DNA of 37,053 bases from Macrostomum lignano (taxonomy: Eukaryota): assembly GCA_002269645.1 (NCBI GenBank), contig NIVC01003524.1:1-37053 (forward strand), written 5' to 3'. The stretch's first letter is position 1. Each line of letters opens with the position of its first letter. Under the pieces are notes generated by a model. It made no database searches, was not told the origin of the DNA, and worked only from the letters and a program-made list of their open reading frames with translations. A program made the translations under genes and the position numbers. Below, piece after piece: positions 11,401 through 23,049 of this stretch.

Positions 11401-12984
11401 CGCAGATTCAGCTCGAACAGGAGTTTCTCCTCCTGAAGAAAAGCAACAAATGCCTCTCCTAATTAGAATTGCCTGGACTAAAAACTGCACTGATGCCTCA
11501 ATTAGAAAGCTTCAGTTCTTAGGCAGTAGGTAAGAAACCACACGTAAAAAAAGTTCAGTGGCACTTCAAAGCACTTGAAAGGATGCTAGCTAGCACAGCT
11601 CTTATGCCTATAGTCATAAATATAAAATTTCGCAATGTCCAACCCACATCAAGACTGTATACGAGGCAGACACCGCAGGCTGAGGCGGATACAGACAGCT
11701 TGGAGTTGGCTGAAATCTGCACGGCATGGACCAAGTTCCTGTGGCCTGAAATAATAATTGGTCCATAAATTGTAATTTATACTACTGAACTTCATCAACT
11801 ACGAGTAAAGCAAACGAATTTTGTGCATCAATACTCACCAGTGACTACTTGCTCCAAGTAGGCTGTTCGGGTTAGAAAGTTGGCGAGGGAGCCGGTGGCT
11901 CGGCCCACTGAGATCCATTTGGAGTCGGGCGATATGGCCAAGGCAGTGATGCTGGCTGCGGTTTAGGGATGGGGAGACACAGTGTCTGTCTGCCTCTGTG
12001 TCCTTGTGTCAGTCTGCCTCTGTGTCCTTGTGTCTGTCCGCCTCTGTGTCCTTGTGTCTGTCCGCCTCTGTGTCCTTGTGTCTGTCTGCCTCTGTGTCCT
12101 TGTGTCTGTCTGCCTGTGTGTCCTTGTCTGTCTGCCTCTGTGTCCTTGTGTCTGTCTGCCTGTGTGTCCTTGTGTCTGTCTGCCTGTGTGTCCTTGTGTC
12201 TGTCTGCCTCTGTGTCCTTGTGTCTGTCTGCCTGGCTTGTGCTGCTGCTGTGGTCTTGTGTCTGTCGCCTGTGTGTCCTTGTGTCTGTCTGCCTCTGTGT
12301 CCTTGTGTCTGTCTGCCTCTGTGTCCTTGTGTCTGTCTGCCTGTGTGTCCTTGTGTCTTCTGCCTCTGTGTCCTTGTGTCTGTCTGCCTCTGTGTCCTTG
12401 TGTCTGTCTGCCTCTGTGTCCTTGTGTCTGTCTGCCTGTGTGTCCTTGTGTCTGTCTGCCTCTGTGTCCTTGTGTCTGTCTGCCTGTGTGTCCTTGTGTC
12501 TGTCTGCCTCTGTGTCCTTGTGTCTGTCTGCCTCTGTGTCTTTGTGTCTGTCTGCCTCTGTGTCCTTGTGTCTGTCTGCCTCTGTGTCTTTGTGTCTGTC
12601 TGCCTGTGTGTCCTTGTGTCTGTCTGCCTGTGTGTCCTTGTGTCTGTCTGCCTGTGGGTCCTTGTGTCTGTCTGCCTGTGTGTCCTTGTGTTTGTCTGCC
12701 TCTGTGTCCTTGTGTCTGTCTGCCTGTGTGTCCTTGTGTTTGTCTGCCTGTGTGTCCTTGTGTCTGTCTGCCTCTGTGTCCTTGTGTCTGTCGGCCTCTG
12801 TGTCCTTGTGTCTGTCTGCCTGTGTGTCCTTGTGTCTGTCTGCCTGTGTTTCTTTCGGTCTGTCTGCCTCTGTGTCCTTGTGTCTGCCTGTTCATGTGTC
12901 CTTGTGTCTGTCTGCCTCTGTGTCCTTCGGTCTGTCTGCCTGTCTATGTGTCCTTGTGTCAGTCTCACTCAGTCTGTCTATCTT

Positions 12985-13031
<47 letters not shown>

Positions 13032-13868
13032 GCCTGCTTGTCAATCTATTCCAAAATTCTCACCCGAATGCGCGGGCTCTAAGTCGGCAGAGTGGCGGCT
13101 TTTGACAACATTATAAATGGACACAACACCATCGTCAAATCCGAGCAAGAGAATCTCGAGATCGTCGGAGAAAGTGGCGCAGGTGACCTGTAAAATAGTT
13201 TGATTTGCAGTTTTTACAAATTTACATATATTACGCATGTTGAAGTTACAGGACAAGGGTTTACTACAATAGAAGTGTAACATTAGTATGCTTGAATTAT
13301 TACTATCTTCTAGCTTCTTCCTAATGATATATATTATATCATTCAGCAATGAAATAAGATCCAAATAATGGCAAACAACTCGGACTTCTGGACATAGTTT
13401 GTAAACCTCAATTTTATGCATTTAAAGCTTCTAACACTAATAGAATTTGAAGCAAATAGGAGAAAGCATTGCTAACTGGGAAATAGTTAGTAAGGGTTTC
13501 ATATGCTTGCATAAATAACTTCTACTATGGCTTTTGTCAGCAGGCATGCATTATTTTTTATATTTAATCTGAATTAAAGAATAACAAATACTTTACTTTG
13601 AAATGAATAAAATAAGTTTCAGGCATTATTTTCAACATTAGTAATAATAAATTTATCAATTTAATGTGTATTACCTACTAGTACATAATTTTACTTCTAA
13701 CTCAAGTATATCCTATCTTCTGAAGAAGAAGAAACTAACATGACGTGTAAAAGTGTATTTGGTAATATTTTCTATTTAAAAAGTTTTGTTAGTAGTATTA
13801 TTAGTATTGTAATTTTCGATTACCTCTTCCTCAACATCTTGATGAAATATTTCAGTTAATGTTCCCAT
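8426..13868 (-). CDS. WD40-repeat protein, 7 exons, ~392 aa
   Basis: Phase-consistent GT-AG exons: 13868-13824, 13187-13064, 11955-11839, 11745-11648, 11432-11355, 10339-9819, 8621-8426; total 1179 nt, 393 codons with no internal stop. WD-like repeats: VTCATFSDDLEILLLGFDDGVVSIY; SITALAISPDSKWISVG; GHRNLVHAVQISANSKLSVSAS; VTAVAFARQSCLLATGGSHDRRV; GHGSWVVGLRWSRDDRCLASWAEHDCVRLW. The first exon/ATG is the least certain part. Confidence 0.8.
8772..9560 (+). repeat. 19-bp minisatellite (CCAGGTGTCCAGGAAGAGA / CCAGGTGATCAGGAAAGGA) in WD40 intron 6
   Basis: Period 19 is visible directly. Variant blocks recur at 8952, 9161 and 9351. Degenerate copies extend to ~9800. Confidence 0.95.
10399..11125 (+). 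repeat. 19-bp minisatellite (GTGACCAGGTGATCAGCCA and variants) in WD40 intron 5
   Basis: Period 19; shares the core ACCAGGTGATCAG with the 8772-9560 array. Confidence 0.95.
11981..13035 (+). repeat. 24-bp minisatellite (TCTGTCTGCCTCTGTGTCCTTGTG) grading into (TCTG)n, in WD40 intron 2
   Basis: 8-residue periodicity in translated frames (RQTQGHRG); nearly pure (TCTG)n at ~12985-13035. Confidence 0.95.
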
Positions 13869-16055
13869 TTACAAAAAAATTGGTTGTATTTAATCTGTGA
13901 ATAAAGTTAACAGAGTCAATAAAAAAGAAAACTTAAAACACATAATATATATTTTAGCTGTGAAGTACGAAATAAGTGGGTACATTTAAATGCTTGATTA
14001 AAAAACATTTAATTTGGAGAAATACAGCTAAAATGATGAGCTTGCAAGCAAAAATTTTGCTGTTCTTCACACAAAGTATTCGAGTAAAAATAGAAATTTA
14101 AATAGCAGTACACAAAATTAAATGATCCCAATCGAAATTTCTTCGGGAATAAGATGATGTGCTACAATAGGTTATAATCAGCTTTCAAGTCACTCAAAGA
14201 GTGGATTTGCTGTTAACATAATCGATCGCCATTCGCCATGGAAGAATCACCTAATTGGTCCAGATACAGGGTTCCAATTCTCACAATACTTTTTTCTGGC
14301 TAAAAACTAATTTTGATATTAATCTTGAAAACATCTATATGTCTAACAGACTGAGTTCTGGATCAGGATTCTCATTCTAAATTAGGCCCAAAAACGAAGT
14401 TACATTGTGAAATTTCAATTTATTGAAGAATAATAAGTTAAAATACTTACATGAAAGCGTATTGTAGTTTAAATCCTGAATATTGTATATAATTCTCAGA
14501 CTCTCAGTCTGGCCACTTTTACTGACGTTCCGGTGAACTTTTGGAAAACAAAATTGAATCGTCTAAAGTTAAAAAGCTAAAAAAGCTTGAGGCATCTATG
14601 ACAGAGAGTTCATCGTATCATATTTAAACAAAAACGTTTCGGTGCACACTCTAGCTTTATTATTAAATACTGGTCCTTTAAGAATTTTAATAAATAAGTG
14701 AAGAGACAAGAAGCAGTAGAAAAAATAATGACATTTTGATTATGAAGCCCTAAAACATTAAAACATAAAAGTACAAAATGACGATACCGGTACTACTATA
14801 ACGTATCTAAAGGAAATATTTTTCATTCATTTGGTGGCACAGAAAAGAGTGCCAGTCAATCAGTAGCTATTAATTGCTGGCGACCGCTGAGTGAATAATC
14901 AAATCATGTCATTGTACGTGTACTGCAGAATTAGTCAAATCTATAAAATGGGATTGATGGGAGATTTCGTAGATAATTTCACCTCTTTTTGGTTATATCA
15001 TTGTATGCACATTTCCAAAGCTGGGGATGGCAAACTTTTTACTTAAAGGGCCAGATAAAGAATAGCGCACGACTGCGGGCCAAATGAGCTGGGTGAGAGG
15101 AGATACTGTATAAGAGCTAGAGACGAATGAAGAGAGCATTGGCGCAACTATAATTTTGTTGAGAAAGGGACTGGATTCTGGAGGGTATAATGACCTAAGG
15201 GGGGGCGGAGGGGATGGCTCTGAATTTTGACAATATCATGCGCACTGGGCCCCCCTTTCATTTTTAAATCTCCGCCGAAAAGGGGGTTCGACCGCCCCCC
15301 CCCCCCCCCGGGGTATAACCGGCCGGCCTAGAAGAGAGATATAGGAGAATAGAGAGGCGAAGGAATAAAGGAGAAGAGAGGAGATACAAAATAGGAGAGG
15401 AGAGAGAAAAGACGAGAAGAGAGGTGAGAAGAGACGAATCTTCAGCAGGCCGGACTGCTATTGTAAGTTTCAAGGCCGAATTAGAGAGGCGGCTCCGCGC
15501 GGCGAACCCCTGATGCATGTAAGGGAACCTGAGCTACATGTAGACATGCCACAATGATGAACTATATTTTGACTAATTACAATGCAATAGTGTGTTTTAT
15601 TGTTAAAGGAATACATTTACTAGAAATACGAGTTACATGTACTTCAGTATATGATAGTAAATTGCGTTAACGCATTTAAACCAACAATAGCAGCTTATAT
15701 ACCAATCAAAGTACGTCACTTATAACACTATCTAATTACACTATATTTATGGTTCATGGTTCATCGACAATTGAGCTAGGACAATCAGCCTTAATTGGTA
15801 TACGATGTGAAATTAATTGACTGAACATGTCAAGTTTTACTACGACATGGTATTAGCACTTGATCCTTGCTGTCACTTATCAATCAAACAATTTTGGAAA
15901 AACACTGGAAACTTTGAAAAAAAAGTCTTAATAAAATATTTTCAGGCGTTTTGCAGATAGACAGAGAAATTAACTACGAGCTATTTAATTGAAGACTGTT
16001 TTTTTGGCGGTTATAGAATTTTTCCTCGGTCATTTTCATAATTACCCGCTCACTG

Positions 16056-17965
16056 TCAGTCCCTATCAAAGCAGTTCATGACCTCCCTGAACTGCATCAG
16101 GCCGGGCTCCGCGCTGATGCCTCCAGTGGCCGAGGACAGCAGAGCAGCAGTGTCTCCAGTCAGCAGTTTGCGGAACAGCTCGTCGGTCAGGGTGACCTTC
16201 ACGTCCGGCTTGGCCTTCAGCCGCGTGTTGACCAGATCCAGGATTCCCTCGCGGATGTGGAACCTGTTGCATTTGCGGTCCAGCTTTTGAAAAATATCAG
16301 TATTTTTTGCATCCTCATGCCACAATCTTGAACTGTATTTCAAGATCTCATCGTTTTGCAATTACGGATACACTAAAAAACAACTATCTAATCATGCATA
16401 AGAATTAAACGTACCTTATAACTTTTTTTAACGTCACTGAAGTTAAACTCAACCAGTCTGTCCATCTGGCTGCACTCTTCAAAGTTAAATCGATAGCGGA
16501 ACATCTGGAACAGCGTCTCCAGGCTCACAGTGAAGATCGTCCTCGAGCGGACGTCCTGCCTGATCTTGGTGTCAATCTTTCCAAGCTCTTCGTACGCGCA
16601 AGTGACGTAGTAGTTATACCCATTGGCGCTAATCTGACCAGCCGCAAGCTCGAAAATCGCCTTCACTTTCAGTTCGCGAGCACTGGTTGATGAAGGATTC
16701 GCGCGTTGGGCCGCTGATGCTAGTTGAAGCGCCCATTGAAAATCGCTCTTAGCCAAAGCGCTCGAGGCCGCTTCCAGAATTTTGTCCTCTCCGCCTGCAA
16801 GCTCAACCAAACGAACCGCTTGCTGTTCCGTGCTTAAGGGACTCAGCTCTTCCACGTAACCACTGAACCACCCCAGGTAGCCTGCGAACAGACCCTTCAC
16901 TGACCAGGCAACGGTTCCGTAGAACTCCTGCAGTAGTCGTGCTCTGAAAGACGTTTTGTTAAGCTTACCTTGTGAGCGATGTCATCTGGATGGAGACCAC
17001 GGTTCATCCAGCGCACTGTTTGGTCATGCACCGTTTGTACAGCGTCGCGATAGGTTAGCAACAGTTCCGCGATCTCCTTCTTTCCCACAATGGGTCTGGT
17101 ATGACTGGGAACCAAGTACTGGGCATTGAGCGCGTACATTCGATCCAACGACTGCGTCCACAGTTCCAGGCTGCGAACGGCGTGCCTCTGATGGCGTACA
17201 GATTTGGAAAGGCTTTGTACACATCGTCAGCACAGAACAGGGCCTCCTTCTCGGGCCAATAGACAGCGATCTGGTCATCAGTTTCACCGGGGATGTGCAC
17301 CAGCTTCAGCTTCAATCCGGCGATGGTTACATCCGCCTCGGCACCATCTAGGAATCGGTTCGGAGGAACGAAACCCGAGCGAAACTGCTTCTGACCGAGG
17401 TTGAGGCTGAAACCGATGCCAGAGTTTGGCGTGTTCTCTCGCTCAATCAGTGCACCGAACTGTCGCATGGCTCGCTTGTAGATGATCGGTCCTGTGACGT
17501 AGTTTGTCAGTCTGAAGATGTCTATCAAACTGCGGTGGGACCAGATGTGTACAGAGGAATTCCCGTCAACGTCTTTGAGAAATGCTTCAGCTCCGTTCAC
17601 GTGGTCCTGATGGTTGTGCGTGTACACGATCGCTTTTATGGGAGACTTCGTCACCTGGCGAAAGGCCTCGTAAATCTTCTCCGCCGCGTCCATGGACTCC
17701 ACGGTGTCGATGATGATGGCACCTTCGGGCGCTTCGATGAGGATGGAGTTGGCCAGGGCGTAGCCAATGGCTACGTAGATTCCCTCCGTAACCTTGAGTA
17801 CCTCGGCTTGTTGAACTCATTAGCATGAGTCTTGAGCTTCCTGGCGTTGTTGCTGTTAGCTCGGCCGTACTCCACAATGCGCTCGACTGAACGACGCTCC
17901 TGCCACTTGGTGCCCACTATGTAGGCTATGAGAACGACGCACAAAACTCGAAGTATGCGCTCCAT
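16056..17965 (-). CDS. Alkyl/aryl sulfatase, SdsA1/YjcS family (metallo-beta-lactamase fold + dimerisation + SCP2-like C-terminal domain), with N-terminal hydrophobic anchor; ~586 aa after indel correction
   Basis: Motifs GIYVAIGYALANSILIE, IIDT, YTHNHQDH (HxHxDH), PGETDDQ, AFPNLYAIRGT, LVPSHTRP, YRDA..TVHDQTVRWMNRG, EFYGTV.WSVK, YLGWFSG, FQWALQL and PDVKVTL. One GT-AG intron at 16264-16414. -1 frameshifts near 17806, 17175 and 16933; +1 in the T7 run at 16423-16429. No premature stops once these are corrected. Confidence 0.9.
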
Positions 17966-20153
17966 CCTTACCGTATAGGCTCAAACTTGACGATTTAATT
18001 CTTACTTCTTAGAAAAAGAGCTGAGGCTGTGGTATAACCTTATTAATCAAAGTGGTCAATGAGTAAACTTTAATTCATGTGAAAGTGTTTTGAAAGGCGT
18101 TATCATTTGCTGCTGCTTGGTAAGCTCTCCATAAATCTGAAGCACTGAAATTTGAGAAAGCTTAACCATGAGTCGCAGGTCAGGCTCCTATCAAATTCGT
18201 ATCAAATGTACAGTTTTGCCGTTAGTATACTCTAAACAAATAAAGTACCCCTCGGTCCAACTAAAATGAAGACCAGCGGGTGTACATGTAAGGTGTGTAA
18301 ACCGTGTGGTTGCTTGATCTTATCAATGGAAAAACTGGCCCCAAGAGATTCAAGATTCATGTCAAGCACAGAAGGGAGTGGTCTGAAAGCAGTGTAAATA
18401 AGACTCAGACGAGTGCTAATTGCGATTGATATCGTAGTGTCAAGCAAGGCCACTCTCGTACCTGGACTAAAATATAGTCTCTGTACACACACTGAAGGAC
18501 TAACCTAAGAATTCTGGCATATATGAGAAATATATGAGATCGATGCAAGGCTCTTTAATGAGAATCCGAAAGCAAACTCATCCCATTCCGAACGAGTCAG
18601 GCTCGATACCTTAAAGGACTTGATTGCTCGAATCAGCGTCTTCTGGTTCCCTGCGCGCCCTGCCTGTCCCCACGCTCACCCTGTCCCCTCTCTCTCGGCA
18701 AACTAAACCAATTAAAGCATCTTCAATTCAATTGACCACTGATTCAGCGCTCAGCCTTGGCGAACGAGTCAATTAAAGAGTAGAGAGCTGCGGCATTTCC
18801 AGGAAGATGGGAAGTCTCTCTCTGGAGGCTGAGCTCGTCACGAGTCCCTGGGGCACTGCTGGGACCCTTCTTACCGTGCCTACCCCAGTCTGAAGTCCAG
18901 GAATCTGGAAGGCGGTCCAATCGAGGAATGCTCAAGTATTTGGCACTGTCGATAAGAGTCCACCAATTGTCCGTCAAGTTTGCAGGTCTATTCGGATGTT
19001 TAGGCAGCTAACTATTGGATTGCAGCAATTCAGCAGAGTAATCATATATGGGGGAAGAGGAAGAGAACTAGACAGACGATGGTAAGCCATGAAATTCGAT
19101 TGCAATCCGTTTCAGGTGGAGTGTATGATTTATTCGCATAGATGCTTCCGTTCTGACAGTGCTGCAGAGATGCAGAGATGCAGATAGAGGATGGAGAGTG
19201 CTAGACGAGCGGGAGATGCTGCTGGTCCAGGGCCAATTGCGCAAAGTGTTTGGTGCTGCCTGCCGAGCTCTTCCACTTTTCCAATTCCCGTTCCAAGCCC
19301 GATTCGAACCCTACACCACTTCCTATTTCTCCTTTCTTCCCTCGCCTAGTTTCCTTGCGTTTTCCCTCATATTTTCCTTTTTCCTACGTTTTTTTGTAGA
19401 AGCCGAGAGTAAGTTCGGCAGACATTCGGGAAACTTCCCGTCTCTCTCACTCTACATCCATCTACGCCCATCTCTGCCTCCTGCCGACTCCTCCACCTCC
19501 GCTATCAGCTGTAAGTATTAGTGTTTGCGCTGGTCGGCTGTAAAGCAGTAAGCGGGAACGGACTGGGCGCAGCAGCCGCGTGTCAAAATAAATCCTTCGC
19601 CTCGTTCGCCCGCAAGAAATCTGCCGGAGCATGGGGAGCGAGCGGAGAAAGTAAAAGCTAGTGATAGAGAGAGAGCCTAGGAAAGTAAGTTACTCCCAAG
19701 TTCGACTATAACCGAGCAGGGATAGTGTGATTGATTAGCACTTTAATCAAGACAACATCTTCCCGTGCTTCACTGAACATTCCTTCGCGTTTGATTGTTT
19801 AACTCAGCGCCTGTTTTAATTTCTTGCACGATCGGTCATTTTTATCTACTTGTTCGTTGCGATGACATCGTGGCTGCTGAGAACGATCAGAAGTTCCCTT
19901 ATCATCGCTCCGTAGACTTCAGCCGTTCGTCCAAGGGTTATCGATTCACTCTAGAGAGCAGCAGCCAACTGCCGGCCGCGCGAACGCTTCCCCTAAGGCT
20001 CGCCCAGTCGACTGCAGCCACTTCCTCCTTAGTCGATACTTTATCGCACAGTATTAAGAGCGTCTCAACCGAACTGTGCTTGGCCATCTGCCTTTCTTGC
20101 TTCTCCCCTCCGCCTGCTCCAAATTGCCCGAGATAATCAGCGAATAAAGCCGA

Positions 20154-21317
20154 ATGAACAGCAACAGCGGTAGCGTCTCTTCCCTAAACAAATCTCCATC
20201 CGTGATTCCGGGTGGCAGCGGCAGCAACAACAACAAATCAGCCAGCCTGACGGTTATCAACGAGCTCCCGGAAGGCGAGGCCATTACGCCGACTGCGGAC
20301 TGTAGGAAATCGATGGGTCTTGACTCTGAATCGCCCGACGACGAAGAACCACCGCCTCCACCGCCGCCACCGATGGGCATTTTCGGCGAGACGAGGCCGA
20401 CGCTGCTGGGGCCAGCCGACCTGCGCCGTCTGCAGCGGAAGCATGAAAAGGCGCTGCGACGGGCCAACGAGAAAGCTGCGAACGCGGCCGCCGAGGCCAA
20501 GAAGCGAAAGAAGCTCAGGAAGCAGCAGCAGAAAATGCTAGCTGGAAACGGCAAAGCCAAGAAGCATAACACTAACCAAGATGAAGATAACATTGAGGAG
20601 GTTGCCGAGGAAGTAAATCTTGATGATGATGATGATTGCAGCAGTATCCGTCGCCAGTTTCCAAAGGCTTCGACCTGCAAGAGCGCCCTAGTGAGCATCT
20701 ACTATACGGCTACGATCTTGTCGGCTGTGTCGGCTGCTGCCCTGCTGTTTGTCGGTCTCCAGTACCGCGTCAAAGGTGCTCTTATCGCTGGGACTCTACT
20801 TGCGTTCTCAGCCTTCGGTCTGTGCACCAATCACTGCTTCAGCCAGAGCCTGGGAGTTGCCAGACAGCTCACGCCACGGGAGGCAGCCGCTGCCAGCGAG
20901 GAGCGACAGATCGTGGATCGAAGTCTCAGCCTGGTACCGCAGAATCAGCTGCCTCACGCGGAAGAAAGCACGGCGAACGGAGAGAGGAAGAAGTCCATGT
21001 CACCCTCGCTTGAACCTGCGTCCGATGGGCAGCAGCAACAGCAGCAACAGCAGCAACAGAGAGCGTCAGTTGCCAATGCAGTAGACAGCATGCTGGCAAG
21101 GCGATTGTCAACATTGGCGGTTTTCCCCGATCCAGCAGCTCGACTGATGATGCGCCCGCAGCAGCTGCACCATCCGCAGCCGCTGCACCAGCGTAGACGC
21201 AGTTCTATGCTGCACTTGGCCAGATCGATGTCCTTGGCGGCGGCGGCTCAGCACGCTGATCCCGGATGGATTGGACAACCGTCGGGAGGGCTCGAGGACT
21301 ACACAGAGTACGTGTAG
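20154..21317 (+). CDS. Orphan 387-aa protein with low-complexity regions, a basic coiled-coil-like segment and a two-helix transmembrane hairpin
   Basis: Uninterrupted ATG-to-TAG ORF with GC-rich codons like the other genes. Hydrophobic IYYTATILSAVSAAALLFVGL and GALIAGTLLAFSAFGLCT; polyP, polyD and polyQ tracts. A candidate 5' UTR intron runs from gtaagt at 19511 to aactcag at 19807. Confidence 0.7.
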   Translation: MNSNSGSVSSLNKSPSVIPGGSGSNNNKSASLTVINELPEGEAITPTADCRKSMGLDSESPDDEEPPPPPPPPMGIFGETRPTLLGPADLRRLQRKHEKALRRANEKAANAAAEAKKRKKLRKQQQKMLAGNGKAKKHNTNQDEDNIEEVAEEVNLDDDDDCSSIRRQFPKASTCKSALVSIYYTATILSAVSAAALLFVGLQYRVKGALIAGTLLAFSAFGLCTNHCFSQSLGVARQLTPREAAAASEERQIVDRSLSLVPQNQLPHAEESTANGERKKSMSPSLEPASDGQQQQQQQQQQRASVANAVDSMLARRLSTLAVFPDPAARLMMRPQQLHHPQPLHQRRRSSMLHLARSMSLAAAAQHADPGWIGQPSGGLEDYTEYV

Positions 21318-21961
21318 AGTGCGCCACAGAGGTTGAACTGCGCGCAACGTAGACTTAGATTCCAGAGTTACTGTTTAATGCTAGTTTTTCCGTACATCGT
21401 GTGCCCAGCTGCCTATTTGATACTGAATTTTATTGCTGTAAAATTTGCGTGTTTCAAAGTTCATCTAAGTAAGGGAGAAATCAAACCAGACGTCTTCGCT
21501 CAGCAATAGATTAATTCGCTACATGAACTGACTGGTTGTCCTGGCTGCACGCTACTGTAAAAGTTCCGAATATAAACTTTGCTACGATTACGGGATAAAC
21601 CGCCTCTGTGTCCTTCATTTTAGTGCAATTTAGTCCGAGTTGAAGTCGGCAGTCGTGTGTTTACCACTTAGTTCTAATCAAGTGCAGCCGGGGGACACTA
21701 GAGACTAAGTTAAAAACCCTGCAGCTTAGCTAAAGGCTATTTTCACTAAGCCTCCGCTCGCCCTTATTTAGTCCGTTGGCATCTGCCAATCAAGATAATG
21801 TCGAAATTGAACAGCGGCATCGAATGTCTAGGATGTAGTCGGTTTCGGCGTTCAATGCTCTGCTGCACCGAAAGTTCCAAGTTGAAAAGGCACTATTTTA
21901 CTCTTTTCCGTTTTCTGTTGGCTGCTACGAGCATATTTATCTGCTTTTTCTCACAGGGTTA

Positions 21962-22085
21962 CACTTGTCTATCCACATGTCTTCAATGTTCTCACTTGTC
22001 TATCCACATGTCTTCAATATTCTCACTTGTCTATCCTCATGTCTTCAATGTTCTCACTTGTCTATCCACATGTCTTCAATATTCT
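21962..22085 (+). repeat. 31-bp tandem repeat, 4 copies
   Basis: Unit CACTTGTCTATCCACATGTCTTCAATGTTCT with few substitutions. Confidence 0.9.
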
Positions 22086-23049
22086 CTCTTCCGCCGCATT
22101 ACCGCTCCGAACTCAGCCCTTCCCATGCATCATTACAACTTGCTCAGAACCCAGGTCAGTCGCTTCTCAGGCCTGCAGTAAACGCTCCAGCTAAAATACA
22201 TGTAGCAGTTTCCAGTACCCTAGCGAACGAATATTTGCAAGTGAAAATATTTTTGCCTCTTATCTCCATGTCTAAGTTCGCCATCGAGAGACTTCGAAGG
22301 ACGCTAAACTCTCAATGCACCGAGCTAATCTGCTAATCCCTTCGGTTAAGCTGCAGAGGGACTGGCGCCTTGCCCTGGATAAAACTGCAAAGCCAAAATG
22401 TCGAGACGCGTCTTTCGCCAGGATCTAGTGGGGATTGGGAAGCGTGTCTTGCAAACATTTGAATTCTTAGTTCAAACCTTATCCCCGGCTTTCATTCTTA
22501 CAGGATCAGAAATTTGAGATCGAATGGCTAAACTGGCACGATTCCATCTAGGATTCAGCTCCCTTTAGAGTGCACACAATGCGGCTCTCAAATTCAGGCA
22601 GCGCTTTAGCCAAGCATTAAGAAAGTCGGGTGAAAACTTCAACTTCTATACTTGGGTGGAGCGCAGTTCATCCATCATGGGCACAACAGAATACATTACA
22701 CTACGGGAAAGGGGTTAAGATAGCTCGTAGTTAAGTGACTATAGGTCTAAATTTTGAGCCATAGTGAGGTTGAAGCAGCTTTTGTTTTACCTGCTTGCCA
22801 AGCGTAGGTTTGTAATTTATCGGCCGAATTCAGACTTTATTGACTCCAATTGGTAGCTCAGAAAAGACCCACTCTCCTAGAGTGTTACACGGTAGGCAGG
22901 CACCACCAGAGTCAATCTTCAAGCAGACCAATATCAGATTTGCGGCAGGAAGTGTTTCTCGCTCAATAGGAAAATCTGCGGCCGTTAGCTGGAAAGAAAT
23001 GTCCTGAATTCCTATATCAGATAGCGTTTTGCTTGCTTTCGTTGACTAG

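Noticed and set aside
11963-13116. 300-380 aa ORFs in several frames
   Set aside because: Products of the 24-bp minisatellite inside a WD40 intron.
13041-13421. 126-aa ORF as an N-terminal extension of the WD40 gene
   Set aside because: Only 13187-13064 is bounded by good splice sites; the rest is AT-rich and better explained as intron.
14451-14563. Extra upstream coding exon of the WD40 gene ending at a gtaagt donor
   Set aside because: No phase joins it to the next exon without a stop; at most a 5' UTR exon.
15015-15530. MITE-like fragments with G/C runs and a GA-rich tract
   Set aside because: Probably repeat debris, but no matching TIR pair or TSD could be defined.
16945-16969. gtaagc...tttcag within the sulfatase as an intron explaining a frameshift
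   Set aside because: Only 25 nt, its removal gives the wrong frame, and the encoded VSLTKRLSEH fits the family pattern as coding sequence.
18744-18977. Possible reverse-transcriptase remnant (DSAKYLSI)
   Set aside because: A single weak match to KYLG with no other RT motifs in any frame.
22705-22775. tRNA/SINE-like head (tagctcgtagtt...ggttgaagc)
   Set aside because: A and B boxes are degenerate and no cloverleaf could be folded.
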